In this document: positions 1 to 7,903 of the stretch, piece after piece
How positions within the stretch are numbered: the stretch's first letter is position 1
How the letters are laid out: the number at the start of each line of letters is the position of its first letter
Assembly (NCBI GenBank): GCA_043228905.1
Contig: JBHGNT010001094.1
Span: 1-12,133 of the forward strand
Source of the DNA: Azolla caroliniana
Taxonomy: Eukaryota; Plantae; Polypodiophyta
Direction: 5' to 3'
Length of the DNA stretch: 12,133 nt
Program-made: the position numbers and the translations under genes
Notes under the pieces: generated by a model
What the model was told of the DNA's origin: nothing
Database searches by the model: none
Seen by the model: only the letters and a program-made list of their open reading frames with translations

Positions 1-2204
1 GATTTGTCTTCCGCGGCTTGTCGTTCGTCCTTCAACTGCTTGATGAGTGCCATTGTATCCACCTCCTGCTCCCGGTAATGTGACAATTGGGTTTGATAAG
101 TGTTCTGCAGCCTTTGCAAGATCATCGTTGCTCTTTCCTTCCTTCTCTTCATAATGCTTCTTACGCAGCTCCATCCATTCTTGCGCAGCTTCCTCTAACA
201 GCGTGGTTCTTTCAGCCCGTCCCTCCGCCAACGCCGTCTCAACTCTATGCACCTCCTGCCTGAGCTCTGCCATCTTTTCTTGCTGTTTCTTATGCTTTGT
301 ATCTAGGTGCTTGTAGTCCCGGTGCAGGTGCTCAAAATCATCGGTCTTCTGCTTCAGCTTTTGGTTGAGTTGCCGGCGAGAGCGGTCTTCCCGGTCCTTC
401 TGCTGACGGAGTTCTTCTTTCAGCCTTTCGATCTCTGTTTCTGCCATCCATTGAAACTTCTCCTTTTCTTGCAACGCCTTCTTTTTCTCCTCCTTCAGCC
501 GGTCATAGGCCTGATGTCCTTTCCGCAGATTCTCTTTTGCCCGGTGGAGGTTCTTAGCAGTCTTTCGTTGCTCTTCTTCTATCGCTTTCTTCAAGTCCCG
601 CTCTCGGGTGCGTAATGCTTCCTCTGCAGCCAATTCATCTCTTAATTTAGCAAGCTCTTTTTCTTGCACCGCCACTATCTCTGGGGTCTTATTGCTATGT
701 ACAGGTGTTGGTGCTTCTTTATTCTGTACATCGATCGGGGTCACCGGTGCTTGGAGCTATGGTCCGGTTAAGGCCATTTTGGCCAATTCTTTTGTGGCCA
801 GGTCCATGTCTTGTTCTAGGCTCTGGATCCTTGACCAGGCCGTCTCTAGTTCTCCGGTTGTGACGAGCAACCGGTCCATCTGCGCTTTCTCTTCCGCCTC
901 GATGTAGTGTACCACTCCGACAATCTGTTCTCCAATCCACCGGAGCCATTGGCTGTCGGTGCCCTGTTGTTGCGTCTGCCCGGAGGGTTGGCTATTGGTG
1001 TAGTTGGTCAGTGGTCGGTTTTGTCCAGTTGCGTCGGGCTGCAACTTTGGCTCTTGTTGGTGACCACTTTGCCGTTCTAGTTGCGGCTCCGTTGGCCGCT
1101 TCGCTTCTGAATGCTCTTGGCTTGCCGGTGGGGTCGGCAACTGTACTTCTGGCGCTTGCATTTCGGGACTTGCCATATCCTGACCCGCCAGTAGAGGTTG
1201 TTGTGCAGGGAGCTCTGTGATTGGTTCTTTTTGAACCGGTTCCGGTTCCATCCTTCTTTGGGTCCGAATGCTCCCCGGCATGTTCGGAGCTGCTTGCCTT
1301 CTGCCACCGCTAAAGGTGCTCTAACGGTTCCTCCTCCGCTTCCTCCTCCTGAGTCCTGATGTTGATTTTCGCTACCAAGGGGTCTGGTGCTTGTTGAACT
1401 GGTTGGCTAAGCCTGATCTGGATTGGTCGTACCGGTGGCTCCTCCTGCATTTCCGCTTGCCGCTTCCTATTGGTGCGCTCTTTCCCGCCTGGTCCTTGTC
1501 GGCCGCCTTCCCTTTAGTTGCCTTAGACGCCAATAGCTGCTGCCGTTTAGAGGCCATTTTCGGGGTGCCTTCTGTTGTTCTTCCCCGCTTCGTGGTCTTG
1601 ACGGGCTCGATAGGTGGTGCCAATAGGGTGAGCCATTGTGCCACCGCCGTCCATATCTTCCGACCCTCCTTCCTCTGACAGAGTCGATGGCCGCAGAGAG
1701 GCCATCCGCAATCAGTACCACCCAGTCCACCTTCAGGCCTTCATATGTGGCTATGATTAAGCCGGCCCGGTTCTGGGGCATGCACGGGGGTCGAGGGTAC
1801 ACATGTCCAAATTCATGGAGCACACAAGCAATCTCTCGAAAGAGTGGATCTTCGTCGCCCTGTGTCCGGTAGGCCTTGCTTGCCAGAGAGTATTCCCCGA
1901 AATATTTTCGAAGTTGTTCCGGGGTAGGGTTGTCGATATTGAAGATTCCCCTTTCCGAAAGGCCAATCAACACATGGATGGCCTCCTCAGTAATCAGCTC
2001 CGTGTCGATTTCTTTGACGATCTTCTCCACCTCCCGGTGCGGTGGCGCCTCCATGATGGTGAGGAAACCCTCTAAGCCGTGTTGCCTTAGCCACATCTTG
2101 GCTGCTTCAGAGAGTGCTTGGCAGTCCATGGCTTCGTCGAGCGCTGGTGAGGGTTGTGTGTGAGGAGTTTCTGTGTGCGTGGGCTCGCGTCTGCTGATCT
2201 TCAA
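1..2204 (-). pseudogene. Extra ORF downstream of host pol, same sense: globular N-terminal domain, Pro/Gln-rich linker, long coiled-coil; disrupted and runs off the window
   Basis: ORFs 1467..2204, 1372..1644 and 757..1281 join through frameshifts. After TAG 757-759 the same frame stays open, giving EKELAKLRDELAAEEALRTRERDLKKAIEEEQRK...EIERLKEELRQQKD... An AAGG duplication near 137-144 shifts the frame. Confidence 0.7.
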
Positions 2205-2450
2205 TTGCCTATCTGTGTGTACTCCTCTGTTCGTGAAATGTGAGGGTTTCTATGTGGCAGGGGCCTTCTTGTTGCATGTTGGCGCCTGTTTTTTTTTTCT
2301 TACCCGCGCGTGTGCACATCGTGTACTAAAATAGAATGTCGTGCGCTGTGGCGGTGGTTTAATACCCTATTAATAGCCCACTACGTACCTTTTCAAAGTG
2401 CCTGTTCACTCATTGTTTTTGCATGTGTCTGTTCACCCCTCGCCCTTGCA

Positions 2451-2529
2451 TGATTTACTTTGATTTGATTTGATTTGATTTTGTTTTGTTTTGTTTTTTT
2501 TTTTTTTTTGTTTTTCTTTTGTTTTTTTC
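2451..2529. repeat. Low-complexity spacer: (TGATT)n, (TTTTG)n and poly-T (A-rich on the host sense strand)
   Basis: Read directly from the sequence. It lies between the integrase stop and the extra ORF. Confidence 0.85.
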
Positions 2530-2552
2530 AAAACAAGATAAAGATGGTTTTG

Positions 2553-3845
2553 TTAATTCGCATCCGGTCCTACTAGACCCCTATCCGGTCCCGCTGGATG
2601 GCTTGCCGTTGCGTCGTTGTTGTCGTTTGCCGGCTCGTGCTCCCTCTTACCGGCTTCCCGCTTGCCGATTGCTGAACGTGTTGTCATCTCTTCCGACTTA
2701 CCAGTGTCTGGTTCTGTGTCGTCCTTTACTTGTTCAAATGGATTTCTTGGCATGGGTCCATTGTATGGTTTGAGTCGGAACCCGTTGACCCACTTTCCCA
2801 GAACCTCGCCGGCGAGTGTCCCTAATTGGTAGGAACCGTTGAACTCACACGTAATCCAGTATGGTCCGGTCCACCGAAACCGTAGTTTTCCCGGCATCTT
2901 ACCCATCCGAGTCTGGAACACGAGTACCGGCTTACCGATTCCGAACATCTTTTCGTTCCCTTTTCGGTGACGATCCACGAACGCTTTCCTTCGCCGCTGC
3001 TCTAGTTCTAGGTGCATGATGCTGGCTAGCCAGTGTTCTTCCAATTCGCACAACGCGTTTTACCGGATAACTTCTGATTCCTTCTCATTTAGGCGTTCCC
3101 GAATCTGTATCCGTAAACTCGGTACCTGGAACTCTACCGGCATCACTGCTTCCAATCCGAATGCTAGGCGGAACGGTGTTGTGCGGATACTTGTCTTATA
3201 TGCCGTTCGGTAGGCCCAGAGTGCACTGTGCAACTTTGTATCCCAATCCGTCCGGTTCTCATTGACGATTTTCCGCAGGATATTCTGTAGTGTTTTATTT
3301 GTTGACTCTGCTAATCCGTTAGCTTGCGGATAATAGGGAGTGCTCTGTTTGTGCACCACCGCATAAAATGTCGTCAAACTTTCCACTACTTGCCCTAAGA
3401 AGTGCCCACCTTGGTCACTTATGAGCTCTATCGGACATCCATATCGGCACGGGATGCATTCATATAAAATTTTTGCCGTGGATGCCGCGGTGTTGTCGCG
3501 TAGTGCTTTCGCTTCCACCCAGTTCGTGCAGTAATCCGTAGCGACGATCACGTACCGGTTGCCGGTTCTCATTGCCAGTGGTTTGAACGGACCGACAAAA
3601 TCTAGCCCCCATTTCTGAAATGGTTTTACGGTAGCACGGGCTGGTGAGGCATTTTGGCTTGTTCGGTTGGTTGGCCCATTGTTTGACATAGGTCGCATTC
3701 TTTAGCGTACCGGACTGCATCTTTCAATGTAGTCGGCCACCATAGTCCACTCTGCCATATTTTCCTTGCCGTAGCGTCTCCGGCATAATGTCCTCCAGCC
3801 ACGCCGCAGTGTGCCTCGCGCAATATTATTTCCTTTTCGTCACGC
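2553..3845 (-). pseudogene. Host integrase (HHCC zinc-binding domain, DDE core, GPY/F module)
   Basis: EAHCGVAGGHYA...CDLC, PFQKWGLDFVGP, LISDQG, YYPQANGLAESTNK, FRWTGPYWI. Frameshift near 3628 and in-frame TAA at 3060-3062. Confidence 0.95.
3841..3845. repeat. Target site duplication CACGC, left copy (right copy at 7904-7908)
   Basis: Removing the insert plus one copy restores the host frame: GIWRRAVR-DEKEIILREAHCG. One extra A at 7903 separates the right copy from the LTR end. Confidence 0.75.
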
Positions 3846-3908
3846 TATTGTGAAGGATTTGCTTCACGATATAAAAATAAATTTAAATATTGAATTCAAT
3901 AATATTTC

Positions 3909-3970
3909 AAATACTTGAACCCACAACCTTAAAAACCAAGCACAATGTATAAACCACTAGGGTAGGCTAT
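3909..3970 (-). other. tRNA-like module 1 in the LTR (degenerate A box/B box); second copy at 7002-7063
   Basis: Minus strand reads TACCCTAGTGGT...AAGGTTGTGGGTTCAAGT. It is a diverged paralogue of module 2. Confidence 0.55.
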
Positions 3971-4044
3971 TCGTTTTTAGAAATGTTGTTAAGAATGTGC
4001 TTTACTATATAAGAATAAACTTAAATATTGTATTAAGCAAAATT

Positions 4045-4101
4045 GAGAGACTTGAACCCTCAACCTTGTATATCAAGCACAAAGCATACACCACTAAGCT
4101 A
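4045..4101 (-). other. tRNA-like module 2 in the 5' LTR (D, anticodon and T arms; no acceptor stem)
   Basis: Minus strand reads TA GCTT AGTGGTGT ATGC T TTGTG CTTGATA TACAA GGTT GAGGG TTCAAGT CTCTC. Confidence 0.7.
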
Positions 4102-4280
4102 GGTTATTTGTTTTAGAGTTACATCTATCATTATACTTATCCCATATATATCTTGATACATTAGAGCTTAGATGAGCATGATGGCTATCATGCATCACAT
4201 GTAAACCATGTGCGCCAAATGGTGATCATGCATCACATGCATCACATGCACCCCCATATCATTATATGCATGACAGAACC

Positions 4281-4286
4281 TATAAA
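4281..4286 (+). promoter_or_regulatory. Candidate Pol II TATA box of the LTR (copy at 7374-7379)
   Basis: CCTATAAAG near the middle of the LTR, downstream of a CATGCA-rich block. Supported by position and motif only. Confidence 0.45.
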
Positions 4287-4380
4287 GAGAGGCAAGGAAT
4301 TAAGGGATGAATCAAGGGAAAACAGGGTAATGGATCAATCAAGAGAGAGTGAGAAAATAAGACAATCAAGTAGAGAAGAC

Positions 4381-4435
4381 TAGCTCATTGGGTGGAGAAC
4401 CTCTTGTTTCGAAGTTGAGGTCGTGGGTTCAAATC
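4381..4435 (+). other. tRNA-like module 3 in the LTR (sense-strand A box/B box); second copy at 7474-7528
   Basis: TAGCTCATTGG (4381-4391) followed by GAGGTCGTGGGTTCAAATC (B box at 4426-4435), at tRNA-like spacing. Confidence 0.68.
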
Positions 4436-4541
4436 AAGGGTCGATAGAGAATGTGTTAAGTTTGCGATCAAGGATTGTAACGTTGGTAAAATACTACATT
4501 TTTAATATACATCATGTTTATATCATATACTCTTGTTCTTT

Positions 4542-4630
4542 GAATCATACTTTGTCTCAATCTTCTTTCTAGAATCATACTTTGTCTCAATCTTCTTTCT
4601 TGAATCATACATTGTCTCTATCTTTTATCT
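4542..4630 (+). repeat. 30-bp tandem repeat, about 3 copies (GAATCATACTTTGTCTCAATCTTCTTTCT[A/T]); copy at 7635-7723
   Basis: Two near-identical units and one diverged unit, read directly. Confidence 0.9.
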
Positions 4631-4637
4631 ATGATTG

Positions 4638-4672
<35 letters not shown>
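4638..4672 (+). repeat. Compound microsatellite (TC)n(CA)11; copy at 7731-7765
   Basis: Read directly. Same length in both LTRs. Confidence 0.92.
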
Positions 4673-4813
4673 TTACTCGTAACTCTTCTTCTTACTATCC
4701 TTAACCATTCTATCATCACCATACAAGCCTTATTAAAAGTTAAGTTCCTTCAACTCCCCTTGACCTTAGTCCCCGCAACTTCGCCGCACGAACCACAACT
4801 ACCCCGACACATT

Positions 4814-4831
4814 TGGTGAACCCGACGTGAA
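4814..4831 (+). promoter_or_regulatory. Primer binding site complementary to the 3' end of tRNA-Trp
   Basis: TGGTGAACCCGACGTGAA lies 4 nt after the 5' LTR. Its reverse complement TTCACGTCGGGTTCACCA matches the plant cytosolic tRNA-Trp(CCA) 3' end as I recall it. Confidence 0.85.
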
Positions 4832-4848
4832 GGCGGCGACGAGGAGAA

Positions 4849-6900
4849 ATGGAGGAGCAAATGAGGCTTATGTGTACGATGATGGAACGAGTGATGCGGG
4901 AACAAGGGATGATGGCAAGCATCGACAAAGCCGTCGACAATATTCTCGCACAAGTAGGAATCTTCGAAGGTATAAATTTAACAAGATTTCTGAAGATTTA
5001 TAATGAAGAAATGCTTAAACGCGGTGTCGACGAAGCTGCAAAAATTAATAGCTTTAGTCGAGTCGCTGTGATTGGGCTACAAGAAAGGATCCAGGAGCTA
5101 CAGAGGGAACATCAGACATGGGCGACTTTCGAAAGAGCATTGCTAAATGAATACAACCTCAACGATATGTCAAGGATGTCAAGGCGAACTTTCATGGATT
5201 GGGTAGAGTCTAATAAACATTTAAGTGTTTTGGAAGTATTAAAAGAGTTTTCGGAAAGATTTGAGCAACTAAATGTTAGAGATAGAAATATAATAGTGCC
5301 AGATAAAGTAATATTGTTTCTACAAGCTACTAATATTAAAGACAGGAAGGACTTGGGAATGCTTTTAGAATATCAGAATAGTCCAAGTGGACTTACCGAA
5401 AACTGGGAGGAGATTAAAAGGGTGTGCGCCCATTTCTGCAAAAGAAAGTTATGGTTTATGGAGTTGCCCGACAGAAATGATGAAGAAACGGGGAACGAGT
5501 CGGGAGAAAAGAAAGTAGAAGAATCACTCTTACACGAATTGGTGAAAGGCATGAAAGACTTGTCAATCAAAGTGACGAAGCTAGAATCGGGACAAAGCTC
5601 AACTTCATCAAGGCAGGGAGGTGGAATGGTCCAAAGGTGTATGTGGTGTGATAGTGTCGACCACCAAAAGAAAGATTGTCAAGAACATAGGGATTCTCTT
5701 AATCATGATAAAATCTACTATCAAGATGGAAAGATTCACTTGACAAAGACTCAACAACCAATCCAGCTCAACTTCGGGAAAGGTGGAATGAAAAAGCTAA
5801 TGGAAGATGCCGAGAGAGAAACGACTCAAGAGATACAATTCGTGACAACCTTAGCAACCTTAGGGTTACGCGTAGAAGACTCATATGGTGGATCTGGCTT
5901 TTGGCAAGATGTGATGGATTATGCAAGAAAAGGGAAGGTTCGAGTGGATGAATTAAAAAGAGCGGGAGATGAAATACGAAACTTCATTGGATGGAATGAT
6001 CTAGTAGACGCGCTATCAGCATTCGCCCAAGTGAATGCACAAGATGTACTAGTGGAAAAGAAGCGAAAGAGAGTTGAGGAGGTTGATCCGTCAATGAAAC
6101 ATGAGACACAAGAACAAGAGAGAAGGGAGATTGAAAAGGATGCTCTTGAGTTGAAAGAAGTTGATAAAGTCAAAGGGAAGACAAACCCAACTTTTAAGCT
6201 TGCTTCGGACACAGAAGCCACGACGGATATAAAACATATGGCAGAGGAAGTTATGAGAGGGTGTGCAGCAACACTCCACGATTTGGATCATGGTATCATC
6301 AACATTGCAAGTGTAAAGAAGATAAATGATGTTGCAATTCATGAAGGGGATAGGAGTCATTATACAAAGAACCATTGGACTCGAGCAACAACAGAGGCGC
6401 CTACAAAAATTGTGGAGCAACAAATTCCTTATATTTCTTTGATAGATCATGGATCAAAAATTAACATGATGTCTTCAGAATGTTATGCTCAAGGAAGGTG
6501 GACAATAGATAATAATCATGGGTCGAAGAAAATAGTTGCAACAAAGATGACGGAGGATCTATTCGGAGCATGTCCCAGTGTGAAAGTAACAATGGGAGAT
6601 GTGTCGGTGGATCAAAATTACTATGTGCAAGATGGATCAACCTACCCCGTCATCCTTGGTCAATCATACAATAGCGTAGTAAGTATGGAAACAAAGGATG
6701 GTGAACCATACATCAACGTAGTAAGGATAGAAACAATTGTGATTGATGATGATTCGACTTTCGTGAGGATCAAGAGTCAGGATGGAAGGAAGAGGGGCCA
6801 GTTCTTAACCATGATGTCTAACCGTGAAAGAAACAAAGAATGGTTGCGGGAACATCCAGCTCAAAAACGGAATGAAGAGTTTTTTCAAGATTTTGGATGA
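4849..6900 (+). CDS. 683-aa Gag-protease polyprotein of the nested element
   Basis: Uninterrupted ORF filling the internal region. Gag-like N-terminus (FEGINLTRFLKIY...TWATFERALL), CCHC knuckle CMWCDSVDHQKKDC (5638-5679), and retropepsin-like LIDHGSKINMM (Asp at 6445) with YPVILGQ. Confidence 0.88.
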   Translation: MEEQMRLMCTMMERVMREQGMMASIDKAVDNILAQVGIFEGINLTRFLKIYNEEMLKRGVDEAAKINSFSRVAVIGLQERIQELQREHQTWATFERALLNEYNLNDMSRMSRRTFMDWVESNKHLSVLEVLKEFSERFEQLNVRDRNIIVPDKVILFLQATNIKDRKDLGMLLEYQNSPSGLTENWEEIKRVCAHFCKRKLWFMELPDRNDEETGNESGEKKVEESLLHELVKGMKDLSIKVTKLESGQSSTSSRQGGGMVQRCMWCDSVDHQKKDCQEHRDSLNHDKIYYQDGKIHLTKTQQPIQLNFGKGGMKKLMEDAERETTQEIQFVTTLATLGLRVEDSYGGSGFWQDVMDYARKGKVRVDELKRAGDEIRNFIGWNDLVDALSAFAQVNAQDVLVEKKRKRVEEVDPSMKHETQEQERREIEKDALELKEVDKVKGKTNPTFKLASDTEATTDIKHMAEEVMRGCAATLHDLDHGIINIASVKKINDVAIHEGDRSHYTKNHWTRATTEAPTKIVEQQIPYISLIDHGSKINMMSSECYAQGRWTIDNNHGSKKIVATKMTEDLFGACPSVKVTMGDVSVDQNYYVQDGSTYPVILGQSYNSVVSMETKDGEPYINVVRIETIVIDDDSTFVRIKSQDGRKRGQFLTMMSNRERNKEWLREHPAQKRNEEFFQDFG

Positions 6901-6926
6901 ACTTTGCACAACCAGTGTGCAAGTTC

Positions 6927-6938
6927 AGAGGGGGTGGG
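6927..6938 (+). promoter_or_regulatory. Polypurine tract
   Basis: AGAGGGGGTGGG directly abuts the TG of the 3' LTR. Confidence 0.88.
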
Positions 6939-7730
6939 TGTCGTGAAGGATTTGCTTCACGATATAAAAATAAATTTAAATATTGAATTCAGTAATATTT
7001 CAAACACTTGAACCCACAACCTTAAAAACCAAGCACAATGTATAAACCACTAGGGTAGGCTATTCGTTTTTAGAAATGTTATTAAGAATGTGCTTTACTA
7101 TATAAGAATAAACTTAAATATTGTATTAAGTAAAATTGAGGGACTTGAACCCTCAACCTTGTATATCAAGCACAAAGCATACACCACTAAGCTAGGTTAT
7201 TTGTTTTAGAGTTATATCTATCATTATACTTATCCCATATATATCTTGATACATTAGAGCTTAGATGAGCATGATGGCTATCATGCATCACATGTAAAGC
7301 ATGTGCGCCAAATGGCGATCATGCATCACATGCATCACATGCACCCCCATATCATTATATGCATGACAGAACCTATAAAGAGAGGCAAGGAATTAAGGGA
7401 TGAATCAAGGGAAAACAGGGTAATGGATCAATCAAGAGAGAGTGAGAAAATATGATAATCAAGTAGAGAAGACTAGCTCATTGGGTGGAGAACCTCTTGT
7501 TTCGAAGTTGAGGTCGTGGGTTCAAATCAAGGGTCGATAGAGAATGTGTTAAGTTTGCGATCAAGGATTGTAAAGTTGGTAAAATATTACATTTTTAATA
7601 TACATCATGTTTATATCATATACTCTTGTTCTTTGAATCATACTTTGTCTCAATCTTCTTTCTAGAATCATACTTTGTCTCAATCTTCTTTCTTGAATCA
7701 TACATTGTCTCTATCTTTTATCTATCATTG

Positions 7731-7765
<35 letters not shown>

Positions 7766-7902
7766 TTACTCGTAACTCTTCTTCTTACTATCCTTAACCA
7801 TTCTATCATCACCATACAAGCCTTATTAAAAGTTAAGTTCCTTCAACTCCCCTTAACCTTAGTCCCCGCGACTTCGCCGCACGAACCACAACTACCCCGA
7901 CA
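6939..7902 (+). repeat. 3' LTR of the nested element (964 bp)
   Basis: TGTCG...CGACA inverted termini, preceded by the PPT. About 17 substitutions and no indels versus the 5' LTR by manual alignment. Confidence 0.95.
7138..7194 (-). other. tRNA-like module 2 in the 3' LTR, with a perfect T-arm
   Basis: Same as the 5' copy, but the T-arm is GAGGG-TTCAAGT-CCCTC with 5/5 Watson-Crick pairs. Confidence 0.72.
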
Positions 7903-7903
7903 A

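Larger units (their letters stand above)
3846..4809 (+). repeat. 5' LTR of the nested element (964 bp)
   Basis: Direct repeat of 6939-7902 at offset 3093. Begins TATTGTG (mutated from TGTCGTG), ends CCCCGACA, and is followed by the PBS. Confidence 0.95.
3846..7902 (+). mobile_element. Nested non-autonomous LTR retrotransposon, 4057 bp, gag-protease only (TR-GAG-like architecture)
   Basis: Two 964-bp direct repeats, PBS, PPT and a flanking CACGC duplication. Single ORF without RT, RH or IN. Confidence 0.93.

Noticed and set aside
307-907. Plus-strand hydrophobic ORFs 307..615 and 608..907 as membrane proteins
   Set aside because: They are antisense shadows of the E/K/Q-rich coiled-coil frame on the minus strand.
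2553-2740. Chromodomain at the integrase C-terminus
   Set aside because: The tail after the GPY module is low-complexity and polar, with no aromatic-cage chromodomain motif.
4045-4101. Functional tRNA gene (tRNA-Ser-TGA)
   Set aside because: No acceptor stem and no long variable arm, and it sits within an LTR. Kept only as a tRNA-like module.
4542-4630. CRISPR-like array
   Set aside because: The 30-bp units are contiguous with no unique spacers and there are no cas genes. It is an ordinary tandem repeat in a eukaryotic LTR.
4631-4819. ORF with a THTHTH run
   Set aside because: It is a translation of the (TC)n(CA)n microsatellite in the LTR.
3846-7902. The two LTRs as the host element's own LTRs
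   Set aside because: They interrupt host pol, their PBS and PPT face inward on the plus strand, and removing them restores the host reading frame.
7833-7903. C-terminal tail VVGVVVVRAAK... of ORF 7833..8177 and the matching ORFs at 4740-4953
   Set aside because: Read-through into antisense LTR sequence. The similarity comes from the LTR duplication.
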